From positions 1 to 51,162 of the IMG/VR virus record IMGVR_UViG_3300031566_000056: a stretch of 51,162 nucleotides of DNA, one strand, 5' to 3'. Source of the DNA: a virus. Taxonomy: Duplodnaviria; Caudoviricetes. A program made the position numbers and the translations under genes. Positions 1 through 7,911 of this stretch are shown here, one piece after another. The notes under the pieces were generated by a model, which saw only the letters and a list, made by a program, of their open reading frames with translations, was not told the origin of the DNA and ran no database searches. How positions within the stretch are numbered: the stretch's first letter is position 1; every line of letters starts with the position of its first letter.

Positions 1-197
1 TGGGATGGTAAAAAAACCCGTCGTCAGGGTCTTTTTTATAGCCTTCTTTTTTTAGAGCCTCAACAAGATCGTAAAAACATTTGACCCTGTATTTTGGTTC
101 TATTAATTCGGCGTATTCCCAAGAACAAAACATTCCTGTATTTTCTCTTGTCCCACCGCCATCAAAACATATAAAAGGCCGGACAAGCGAATGGTCA
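1..197. repeat. Terminal direct repeat / circular assembly overlap, copy 1
   Basis: Identical to 50966-51162 except A128 vs G51093. Confidence 0.97.
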
Positions 198-307
198 ATG
201 CATTGTAAATATCTTATATATATCGGCTTGTCTTCCGAATCATTCCAAACCTTAACTTTTACATCACCATCAATTATCTGCGATTTACTTAAATCAATCT
301 CTTTCAT
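1..307 (-). CDS. 5' part of a hypothetical protein spanning the circular junction (MKEIDLSKSQ...GMFCSWEY...), continues into 50829-50965
   Basis: ATG at 307 with AGGAGA upstream; frame stays open through the overlap and joins ORF 50829..51098. Confidence 0.8.
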   Translation of the reverse strand, partial: MKEIDLSKSQIIDGDVKVKVWNDSEDKPIYIRYLQCIDHSLVRPFICFDGGGTRENTGMFCSWEYAELIEPKYRVKCFYDLVEALKKEGYKKDPDDGFFYHP

Positions 308-382
308 ATCGTTATCTCCTTTTCGCTATAAATATAATTATACAAGCTACCACCAGGTATAAGAGTGCATATAAGTATTCGT

Positions 383-622
383 TCATAATAGATCCTTACT
401 TACCGTGCTAAGCATTATAGCTTTGCATTTTTCAGCGTGTTCAATAAGCGCTTTGTTTGGTTTTTTGCAAACACTTCCGTTTTTGTTGCAAAATATAAAG
501 CCATCAACACTATTGTATTCCCAAAAATAATTCCTAATCTTGTGATTTTTAATTTCCTGAAAAATTTGCTTTCCTGTAAAAAAATACACTTCTTTATCGT
601 CTATACCGTAAACCTCTTTCAT
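383..622 (-). CDS. Hypothetical protein
   Basis: 79-aa ORF, ATGA-coupled to upstream gene. Confidence 0.7.
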   Translation of the reverse strand: MKEVYGIDDKEVYFFTGKQIFQEIKNHKIRNYFWEYNSVDGFIFCNKNGSVCKKPNKALIEHAEKCKAIMLSTVSKDLL

Positions 623-1005
623 AATAGATCCTTGTTTTCGTGGATGTTGCAGATTATTTCAAAACCTTCTGAAGAAAGATAAACTATAAACAAATTTTGC
701 AATAAACCTTTTTCGTTTTTCAATATAAACGTTCCCGATTCGTTATCAAATTCAACAATCCCTCTCGCTAAAATATTGTCTTCTGAAATTGGTTTTACAA
801 TATCACCTTCGCAAATCTCTATACCGTCAAATTCGCTTGTGCTATCTTTTCGGCCGGTGTATTGTTCTGCATTATTCCAGTCAAATAAAGGTTCAAAACA
901 TCTGTGAGTTTGATCACAGTCTAAATGTCCGTAATATTTTCCGTTTTTAAAATAGACAAATCTTTCCCAGACAGGATTCCATGATCTAAATTTAATCTCT
1001 CTCAT
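619..1005 (-). CDS. YopX-family phage protein
   Basis: MREIKFRSW...QYTG...EGDIV...EIICNIHENKDLL pattern; GGAG RBS. Confidence 0.88.
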   Translation of the reverse strand: MREIKFRSWNPVWERFVYFKNGKYYGHLDCDQTHRCFEPLFDWNNAEQYTGRKDSTSEFDGIEICEGDIVKPISEDNILARGIVEFDNESGTFILKNEKGLLQNLFIVYLSSEGFEIICNIHENKDLL

Positions 1006-1018
1006 AATTTACTCCTTC

Positions 1019-1204
1019 CTAAACCAACAAATCAATATGTCGGCCAAGTTCATCATTTGTTATTTCTACCCAGTCTGACTCTGTTATTATATTGCCGCAT
1101 TTGCAAAAATGAACATAGACCAACCAGGGGATTGATTGTTCAATCGTCGCTTTTTGGATTGACTTACACTCTGGACATTTTATCAACTCTTCAAATTTCA
1201 ACAT
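1019..1204 (-). CDS. Small putative zinc-binding protein
   Basis: CPEC and HFCKCG motifs; AAGGAG RBS. Confidence 0.65.
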   Translation of the reverse strand: MLKFEELIKCPECKSIQKATIEQSIPWLVYVHFCKCGNIITESDWVEITNDELGRHIDLLV

Positions 1205-1233
1205 ATTTATACTCCTTTAATACCAATATATCA

Positions 1234-1629
1234 CTATTCGTTTTTATTTTCAAGATATTTATTCATTAGTTCTTGAAGTTTTAAATCTCGTTCCTCTTTT
1301 GTCATAACAGCAATAGGATTGACTTCTTCGGTTTCGATCTTCTGCGTAGGCATACCGAACGCCCGAGAAAACAATGTCATAATATTCTGAATTGAGCCTT
1401 TTTTGAAATCCGTTAGATAGGCCTTGATGAATAGCCTAATAATCATCGGCTTGGTTGTGTCTCTTAACATATCAAGAAGTTCTGTTTCGGAGTTAGCAAA
1501 TATGACATTCTTGATCATATTTGAAAGATCTTGATGCGAGACACCATTCGCCTTTATGAACTTTTTAAGCCGAGCAGGCTTGCGGCCTTGAGTTTTTGGT
1601 TGATTAATTGAACTAAATCGATTCTTCAT
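1234..1629 (-). CDS. Putative terminase small subunit
   Basis: RFSSINQP..GRKP N-terminus and RAFGMPTQKIE near C-terminus resemble TerS-like proteins; first gene of the leftward unit leading to terL. Confidence 0.5.
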   Translation of the reverse strand: MKNRFSSINQPKTQGRKPARLKKFIKANGVSHQDLSNMIKNVIFANSETELLDMLRDTTKPMIIRLFIKAYLTDFKKGSIQNIMTLFSRAFGMPTQKIETEEVNPIAVMTKEERDLKLQELMNKYLENKNE

Positions 1630-1636
1630 GGTTTAT

Positions 1637-1665
1637 ATTGTATCAGAAAATATAAACAATTGCAA
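1637..1665 (-). promoter_or_regulatory. Sigma70-type promoter, probably leaderless, for 1234..1629
   Basis: TTGCAA-17 bp-TACAAT with extended TG; ATG 7 nt after the -10; no SD. Confidence 0.6.
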
Positions 1666-1719
1666 GTATATTTTTAGCAAAAAAAAGAAGATATTTTATC
1701 AACTAACAGCGATATTGAG

Positions 1720-2240
1720 AAAAAAATCACAATAAAAATTCTGTGAGTTTATGTGTTAAGTTAATTACTTATGTAATATAAAATTAAAACGTCGAAAAAT
1801 ATTTTTAGTAGGCAAGTCACATAGCACACAAATTATTGTGAGTTTTTTTTTGCTCGTAATTACTTATGGTATGGACACTTAGACCCGTTAGGTGATAAAA
1901 AAACACAAGTCACAGGAAAATCATGCTCTATATTTAGAGCTCACGGATATATGAAATTGCGCTTTTATGTAAAAATTCGCGTTTTCAAAAAGTAGACCTC
2001 GATTTTCCTGTGAGAAGTGTGACTTCCTAATAATAATAATAATAATAATAATAATTTATTATATTATATATATATAGAGCGCGCTAATAGGCTTTTGAGA
2101 AGTCACAAAATCGCTCACATGTACTCACAGATTTGTGACTTGCCAACTAAAAAAACAGCAAAAAGTGTCCATTATCGGACAATCTTACATAAATGTAGGT
2201 AAATATTAAAAAGTTACATTTTTGCAATGTAAAGAATATT
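1720..2240. other. Putative replication origin / regulatory region
   Basis: Non-coding, divergent; many TCACA/TGTGA and AAGTCACA motifs in both orientations around a (TAA)n/TA tract at ~2028-2075. Confidence 0.55.
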
Positions 2241-2305
2241 TGACATGAAAAACGTTAAAAAATTAGAAAATCTGAAAAGTAAGTGAAAATTTTGTGAGAA
2301 AAAAC

Positions 2306-2334
2306 TTGACAAAATATAAATAAGGGTATATATT
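2306..2334 (+). promoter_or_regulatory. Sigma70-type promoter of early arm
   Basis: TTGACA-17 bp-TATATT then TAAGGAG RBS; closely similar to promoter at 6992-7020. Confidence 0.8.
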
Positions 2335-2356
2335 TAATAATAGATAAGGAGTAAAT

Positions 2357-2578
2357 ATGAAAAATAATTTGAAAGAAACTGGACCGGATTTAATTTTAAA
2401 ATACAAGGCGATTGCTGCCTGGTCTGCAAAAATTGAGAAGATGACCGAGTTTGAGTTAAATAAAACAATAGAAGATTTGAATAAAATTTTAAAAAGCGCT
2501 GGTAAATTAAAAGGCTATGAATGCCAAAAAGTAGCGTCCTTGATGTTTGCATTGAAGGCGTTAAATATAGCTTATTAG
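2357..2578 (+). CDS. Hypothetical protein
   Basis: ORF with strong RBS after promoter. Confidence 0.75.
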   Translation: MKNNLKETGPDLILKYKAIAAWSAKIEKMTEFELNKTIEDLNKILKSAGKLKGYECQKVASLMFALKALNIAY

Positions 2579-2587
2579 GAGGTGATT

Positions 2588-2902
2588 ATGATAATTAAAG
2601 ACAAAAACGGAAAAATTATTTTTAAATGCGCGGACCTTAGAGACACGGACTTTAAAAACGCATACCTCAAAGGCGCAAACTTCAAAGGCGCAAATCTTAA
2701 GGGCGCAGATTTTAAAGGCGCAAATCTTAGAGACGCAGACTTTGAATACGCAAACCTCGAAGGCGCAAACTTTGAAGGTGCAGACCTCACAGGCGCATAC
2801 CTTAGAAGGGCAAACCTCGAATACGCAAACCTCGAAGGCGCAAACTTCGAAGGTGCAGACCTCACAGGCGCATACCTTAGATGGGCAAAAGGGCTTGTAT
2901 AA
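2588..2902 (+). CDS. Pentapeptide-repeat protein
   Basis: Tandem A(N/D)(L/F)xx repeats; AGGAGG RBS before ATG 2588. Confidence 0.92.
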   Translation: MIIKDKNGKIIFKCADLRDTDFKNAYLKGANFKGANLKGADFKGANLRDADFEYANLEGANFEGADLTGAYLRRANLEYANLEGANFEGADLTGAYLRWAKGLV

Positions 2903-2928
2903 ATAATTATAGCTTATTAGGAGGGCAT

Positions 2929-2994
2929 ATGTTAATAGTTTGGATTTTAATAGTATTGTTTATTTTAGCATTAATGAAGGTAGGTACAAGATGA
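2929..2994 (+). CDS. 21-aa hydrophobic micro-protein (MLIVWILIVLFILALMKVGTR)
   Basis: Manual translation; AGGAGG RBS; below ORF-track cutoff. Confidence 0.5.
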   Translation: MLIVWILIVLFILALMKVGTR

Positions 2995-3068
2995 TTGAAA
3001 TAATAAGAATAATAATAGTATGTATCGGAGTTGTTGGCTGGATTGTAATTTTAAAGATTTACAAATAA
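2991..3068 (+). CDS. 25-aa hydrophobic micro-protein (MIEIIRIIIVCIGVVGWIVILKIYK)
   Basis: Manual translation; ATGA overlap with previous micro-ORF. Confidence 0.5.
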   Translation: MIEIIRIIIVCIGVVGWIVILKIYK

Positions 3069-3080
3069 AGGAGTATAATT

Positions 3081-3320
3081 GTGAAATATTTAATACTAAT
3101 TATGTTGGTTGTCCTTGTTGGGTGTAGTAGTATACAGCTTGCAACGTTAACCGAAGTTTGTTATAGCGACGCCGACGGCGTTATGGATTCAAGAGTATTT
3201 GTTTCATACCGCATGGAAGGAAAAAGTCTTATAGGGATAACTGTAGACTATAAAGAAATAACAATCTATGACGCAAAGATTAAGAGCATCGAGAAAACAA
3301 CAATTGTCAAGAATTATTAA
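3081..3320 (+). CDS. Putative lipoprotein
   Basis: MKYLILIMLVVLVG-C signal with lipobox; AAGGAG RBS. Confidence 0.7.
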   Translation: MKYLILIMLVVLVGCSSIQLATLTEVCYSDADGVMDSRVFVSYRMEGKSLIGITVDYKEITIYDAKIKSIEKTTIVKNY

Positions 3321-3330
3321 AGGGGGCCAT

Positions 3331-3525
3331 ATGATAGAACTTATAAGACTCGTTAAATCAAATGAAATATTTTTCATTGGGCAGAAATACGGAAAGGACG
3401 AAATCACCAAAATAGAAGAAATAGACTATGAAGGCAGAATTTATATTTACGGCAAAAGCGGCTATCTTATTTTTATTTTGCTTAATTGTGAATGTATTAT
3501 AAAGTTGAAACCTGTTGACATTTAG
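3331..3525 (+). CDS. Hypothetical protein
   Basis: ATG 3331 after AGGGGG; part of track ORF 3268..3525. Confidence 0.6.
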   Translation: MIELIRLVKSNEIFFIGQKYGKDEITKIEEIDYEGRIYIYGKSGYLIFILLNCECIIKLKPVDI

Positions 3526-3543
3526 TTCGAAATTGATTATTAT
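3515..3543 (+). promoter_or_regulatory. Sigma70-type promoter
   Basis: TTGACA-17 bp-TATTAT then AGGAG. Confidence 0.6.
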
Positions 3544-3560
3544 GTTTTTAGGAGTTTGTT

Positions 3561-3701
3561 GTGAAGAAGATTAAGGAGTATATTTATTTTGTCTGCGAAC
3601 GCGGATATGTTTACAACTCAAAAATGCATAGACTAAAACCATGGGTTCGCGGTTCTCGCGGTGGTTCGTATAATATGAAATATCGAAGGTATTCAAAATG
3701 A
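3561..3701 (+). CDS. 46-aa protein, possibly NUMOD4/HNH N-terminal remnant
   Basis: GTG start after AGGAG; YFVCERGYVYNSKMHRLKP loosely resembles NUMOD4 starts; ATGA overlap with next gene. Confidence 0.45.
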   Translation: MKKIKEYIYFVCERGYVYNSKMHRLKPWVRGSRGGSYNMKYRRYSK

Positions 3702-3889
3702 ACATAGAAATACTTAGAGATTCGGAAGCGGTTGAAATATTTATAGCTGGGGCAACAAAGGCGCTGGACAAACAGGGTGTATCAACAGAGGAAAAAGAAC
3801 AAATAAAAAAAACTATTGATATTGCGATTTCGTTTAGCCCGATAATATATTTCAATTCATTAATAGAAATAAAGAGGAGATTGATATGA
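3698..3889 (+). CDS. Hypothetical protein
   Basis: ORF coupled on both sides. Confidence 0.65.
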   Translation: MNIEILRDSEAVEIFIAGATKALDKQGVSTEEKEQIKKTIDIAISFSPIIYFNSLIEIKRRLI

Positions 3890-4248
3890 ATGAACACGTA
3901 AGAGAAAGCTTAAAACACTGGTTTAGAATGCGGCGTTGGGTTAGAAAAGTAATCAAACATAAGTATCACAAGAGTGTAGATGATGTCATTATGAATAAGG
4001 ACCTTGGCGAATGTTGGGCTGCGAATTATTGCGCGCTGTGCGGTGAATATATTAGTTATAGTTTTAGTTATGGTTTTAGTTATGGTTTTAGTTGTTTTCT
4101 CTGCCCATTACACCTTAATGGCGACGGCTGTCTTAGTAAAGACTCTTCATGGTACGTAGTAAACGTGTCAACAACCTGGGTCGAATGGCTAAGCGCATCA
4201 AACGAAATGATAAAAGCACTATGGGAAATCAGAGACTACGGAATTTAA
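3886..4248 (+). CDS. Cys-rich hypothetical protein
   Basis: CALC and CFLCPL motifs; AGGAGA RBS; short 12-bp tandem repeat (SYGF) at ~4052-4098. Confidence 0.7.
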   Translation: MNEHVRESLKHWFRMRRWVRKVIKHKYHKSVDDVIMNKDLGECWAANYCALCGEYISYSFSYGFSYGFSCFLCPLHLNGDGCLSKDSSWYVVNVSTTWVEWLSASNEMIKALWEIRDYGI

Positions 4249-4266
4249 ATCAAAATTGGAGAATAT

Positions 4267-6984
4267 ATGGATCTTTTCGCTAGAGCAAAAACTGTTGCAA
4301 TTGGACTAATAAAAACTTGGCTACCTGACGGAAAAGTTGAAGGGAAAGAATGGTCCGCAATAAACCCAACAAGATCAGACAAAAGCAAGGGATCTTTTAA
4401 GGTCGAGCTATCAACTGGGAAGTGGTATGAAGGAGCAACAGGAGAGGGCGGAAAAGACGCGGTTTCGTTGTACGCATATTTGCATGAGGCAAGACTGACT
4501 TCCATTGTAACCAAAGCCGGATATAAAAATATTCGCGGAGGCGTCCAGGCTGAGGCGGCAAAAGAAATCTTGTCGACCTACGATCCAACTTATTTCCCGT
4601 CAAAAGCTGATTTGTTCGTGCCTACCGAAAGCAAAGAGAAAAAAGGCTCATTTTGGGACGGTTGGTATTCTGCCTTAATAGATAATGCAGCACTACCAAA
4701 GCAAGACGTGGCTTTTTTTGAAAAAAAATGGGGAAAGAAAATAAAACAATGGGACTTCTGGAAAGGAACTAAATTTAAATTTCGTGTATGTCGTTTTAAG
4801 ACTGGAGAAACAAATAGCAATGGAAAACAAAAAAAAGAAGATCGTCCGTTTACCGTTTGGACTGACGGCGACAAGTTTAAATGGCGCGCCGTGGCACCTG
4901 AAGAGCTTTATCCGTTGTGGAATTACAACAAACTGCAAGAATATCCGAACAAGCCTGTATGTCTTTCTGAAGGCCAGAAAGACGCTGAAATCTTGGATTC
5001 TATATTATCCGAAAAATGGGTTTGTTCGGGATGGTATGGAGGAGCAGGAGGAATAAGAAAAACAGATTGGTCTACATTAATGGGCCGTGAAGTTTGGTTC
5101 CTTTTTGATGCAGACGGGCCAGGGCGCCAGTCGATAGCGGCACTAAAAAAGATAGCATCAGAGTTTGAAATGAAACTACACCTTGTTTTTCCTCCTAAAA
5201 ATTGTGAAAAAGGATGGTCCTTGGCTGATCAGGTAGAGGTTGGATGGTCAGAGACAAGAATCAATGACTACCTAAACGAAAACACATCTGACAGCGAGAC
5301 ATTGCAAAAAAAGTTTATAGAAGATAATCCATTTGATTTTAAAATTCTTGGTTATTCCGGCGAAAATATTACTTTTTATCCATATGGAAGTCACAAGGTT
5401 ATTAAAACAAAAGCCTCGGCAATAAATAAAAGCATATTGCTTGTTCTTCAGGACCGTAAATTGTGGGGTGATTTTTTTTCACAAGATAACGGAGGCATAG
5501 CATGGGACGCAGCTATAAATTACATATTAAGACAGGCAGAAAAGAAACCTGTATTTAATCCTGCCATTGTTCGGGGTTCTGGTGCCTGGTGGGACGATGG
5601 AAAACTCGTAATAAATACCGGCGAAAAGCTTATAATAGAAGGAAAAATAAAAGATCTTCATGAAAATTACGGCAATCTTGTTTTTGAAAGATCGAGTTTC
5701 GTGCCATACGAACTCGAAAATAAAATATCTGTTCGAAATATTAAGTTTCTAATAAATATTTCAGAGCGGCTTCCATGGCGCGATACGGTTTGTTCTGATT
5801 TATTTATAGGCTGGTTGCTGTTGGCCCCATTCGGTGGAGCGCTACAATGGAGACCTTCAACCTGGATAACCGGGGCTAAAGGCTCAGGTAAATCTTGGAT
5901 TCTTCAAAACATTGTTATTCCTCTCGTTGGGAGTGAGTTTGGAATTTTAGGATTTGGGACAAGTACGCCGGCTGGAATCCGAGGAGCTTTGAATAATTCC
6001 GGCAAATGCATTGTCCTTGAGGAAATGGAAAGCGACAATCAAAAATTTGCCGAATATATAGATCAAAACCTAAAGGCAATACGAGAAGGCGCAAGCGGAA
6101 GAGGCGAGGGATTCGCCACCTTGCATCAAAGCCAAGACGGAGAAGGGAAACAATGGCGTGTTCAATCAATGGCGATGTGTGCGTCTATAGGCGCAAGTAT
6201 AAAACATGGCGCGGACAAGTCGAGATTCTCAATTTTGTCATTATTTAGCCCTGGAGAAAAATATAGTATTTCTGAAAGTGAAAAAATGTTTGAAAGCATA
6301 CAGGAAGACGCGAAAAATGTCACTAAGATATTAGGCCGCGCGATTGTTTCAAGGACAATGAGCCTGTTCGACGAATTACAAGCAGCTATAAGAGTCATGA
6401 CAGGCCAGCTCGCACAAATGATAGGCAACAGGAGGCAAGCCGACCAGATTGGAACCCTCTTTGCTGGTCGTTGGATGTTTGAACACAACAAGGCCCCAAT
6501 AGCTCATGAAGCGCGAGAATTTCTGGAATCAAAAAATATACCATATTTGACATCTTCATCGGCTGGAAAAAGCGACGAAGAAAGATGTCTTGATGAAATA
6601 ATGGGCGCTAAAATTGATGTTAGCGACGGTGTTAATAGATCAAGGGTTTCAATTTCGATAGCTGTTATGTATTGGAGCAGTGAGAAGTTAGGAATCAATA
6701 TTCCATATAAATTCCCGGGCCGCGACCCAGTTGTTGTAAAAAACGAATTAGAACAAATCGGCTTAAAACTTGTTGTAAAAAATGGTGAGGTATTTTTAAG
6801 ATTCGCTTGTGATCATTCAGGCTTAAAAAAGATATTAAGAGATACGCCCTGGTCATTGATTTATGATGAAATACTTACTAGATTGCCGAAGTTTTCAGAC
6901 AACAAGAAAGGGCCAAATTCATTTGCTGGAATTCCTAAGCGTTTTGTCGAGGCGCGCGTTCAAGACATTTTAAATTTTGAATAA
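4267..6984 (+). CDS. DNA primase-helicase (TOPRIM + P-loop NTPase)
   Basis: N-terminal WLPDGK..EW.AINPTR.D...GSF domain; TOPRIM EGQKD and FDADGPG; Walker A GAKGSGKS, Walker B VLEEME. Confidence 0.88.
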   Translation: MDLFARAKTVAIGLIKTWLPDGKVEGKEWSAINPTRSDKSKGSFKVELSTGKWYEGATGEGGKDAVSLYAYLHEARLTSIVTKAGYKNIRGGVQAEAAKEILSTYDPTYFPSKADLFVPTESKEKKGSFWDGWYSALIDNAALPKQDVAFFEKKWGKKIKQWDFWKGTKFKFRVCRFKTGETNSNGKQKKEDRPFTVWTDGDKFKWRAVAPEELYPLWNYNKLQEYPNKPVCLSEGQKDAEILDSILSEKWVCSGWYGGAGGIRKTDWSTLMGREVWFLFDADGPGRQSIAALKKIASEFEMKLHLVFPPKNCEKGWSLADQVEVGWSETRINDYLNENTSDSETLQKKFIEDNPFDFKILGYSGENITFYPYGSHKVIKTKASAINKSILLVLQDRKLWGDFFSQDNGGIAWDAAINYILRQAEKKPVFNPAIVRGSGAWWDDGKLVINTGEKLIIEGKIKDLHENYGNLVFERSSFVPYELENKISVRNIKFLINISERLPWRDTVCSDLFIGWLLLAPFGGALQWRPSTWITGAKGSGKSWILQNIVIPLVGSEFGILGFGTSTPAGIRGALNNSGKCIVLEEMESDNQKFAEYIDQNLKAIREGASGRGEGFATLHQSQDGEGKQWRVQSMAMCASIGASIKHGADKSRFSILSLFSPGEKYSISESEKMFESIQEDAKNVTKILGRAIVSRTMSLFDELQAAIRVMTGQLAQMIGNRRQADQIGTLFAGRWMFEHNKAPIAHEAREFLESKNIPYLTSSSAGKSDEERCLDEIMGAKIDVSDGVNRSRVSISIAVMYWSSEKLGINIPYKFPGRDPVVVKNELEQIGLKLVVKNGEVFLRFACDHSGLKKILRDTPWSLIYDEILTRLPKFSDNKKGPNSFAGIPKRFVEARVQDILNFE

Positions 6985-6991
6985 AAATATA

Positions 6992-7020
6992 TTGACAAAA
7001 TATAAATAGGGATATATATT
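6992..7020 (+). promoter_or_regulatory. Sigma70-type promoter
   Basis: TTGACA-17 bp-TATATT then AAGGAG. Confidence 0.8.
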
Positions 7021-7037
7021 TAAAGAAAGGAGATTAT

Positions 7038-7634
7038 ATGTTATATAAAGTAAAATATGCAGATCGTAGTTATTATTCACAAAGGAATAACCCAATAGAT
7101 ACATACAATCAAATAACCGGCAAGTCTGGATATCTTGAATCGTGTATGACTTCGGCGCTTACAAATGCTTGTGTCGCACTGATGGAAAAGGAACCAATAT
7201 TTAAAATAAATGATGTTGTTTTTCAACCAGAACAACTCGCCTGGGATATGCTAAATGACAAAGGAAATTGGCCGGAACTAATGAAGCTAAGGAATATATC
7301 TGAGCAGTTGATGTTGAGAGAAGGAATAGTTCCATCCAGGGTTCCTCAGTATATGCCGTTTGTATCGAAAAAGCTGTTTAATATTGAATCTTCATTTTGT
7401 TGGTTGCCTATTGATGACATGTTTAATAAAATTGGATCAAAAATTGTTGTTGGAAATTCGGTTGTTATCCAGCTAATGACGCCAGCGCATTATATAGCTG
7501 TATTAAAATATGATTCAAGCAAAGAGGTTTTAATTTACAACGATAGCGCTTATGGTAAAAATCTTGAGTTAACAAGGGAAGATATCAAAAACAACGTTGA
7601 TAATTTTTATGTAGAATTTGAAAAGAAGGAGTAA
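7038..7634 (+). CDS. Peptidase C39-like cysteine protease (endolysin candidate)
   Basis: YYSQRNN, ESCMTS (Cys), AHYIAV (His), IYNDS (Asp). Confidence 0.7.
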   Translation: MLYKVKYADRSYYSQRNNPIDTYNQITGKSGYLESCMTSALTNACVALMEKEPIFKINDVVFQPEQLAWDMLNDKGNWPELMKLRNISEQLMLREGIVPSRVPQYMPFVSKKLFNIESSFCWLPIDDMFNKIGSKIVVGNSVVIQLMTPAHYIAVLKYDSSKEVLIYNDSAYGKNLELTREDIKNNVDNFYVEFEKKE

Positions 7635-7636
7635 GT

Positions 7637-7909
7637 ATGAAAGATATAATACCTGCAGGAAACCAAAGAGATCGAAAACTAAAATTCGTATCAACACCAC
7701 CAAGTATAAAAGATCCGTTTTTCCCTCGGTTTGATTCTGATTTTTTACCGACAGGAAATCATATCATAAAATGCGAATCAAAAGAATGTCCATTTTGTGA
7801 CAAAAAATTTAACGTCTGTTTGTATATATCAAGCAAGTGTTGTATGGAGGATTACAAAGGCAATTTTATCGGAGTCGACAAAAGAGTTATTATAAGGAAG
7901 GATAAATAA
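7637..7909 (+). CDS. Cys-rich hypothetical protein
   Basis: ORF with AAGGAG RBS. Confidence 0.65.
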   Translation: MKDIIPAGNQRDRKLKFVSTPPSIKDPFFPRFDSDFLPTGNHIIKCESKECPFCDKKFNVCLYISSKCCMEDYKGNFIGVDKRVIIRKDK

Positions 7910-7911
7910 GT

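Noticed and set aside
81-362. + strand 93-aa ORF
   Set aside because: Antisense to the junction-spanning - strand gene, which has a clear RBS.
1720-2240. Possible CRISPR array in the non-coding region
   Set aside because: Repeats are short, in both orientations and irregularly spaced; no repeat-spacer periodicity or cas genes.
2575-2865. Antisense repeat ORF (RFAP repeats)
   Set aside because: Shadow of the pentapeptide-repeat gene; no RBS.
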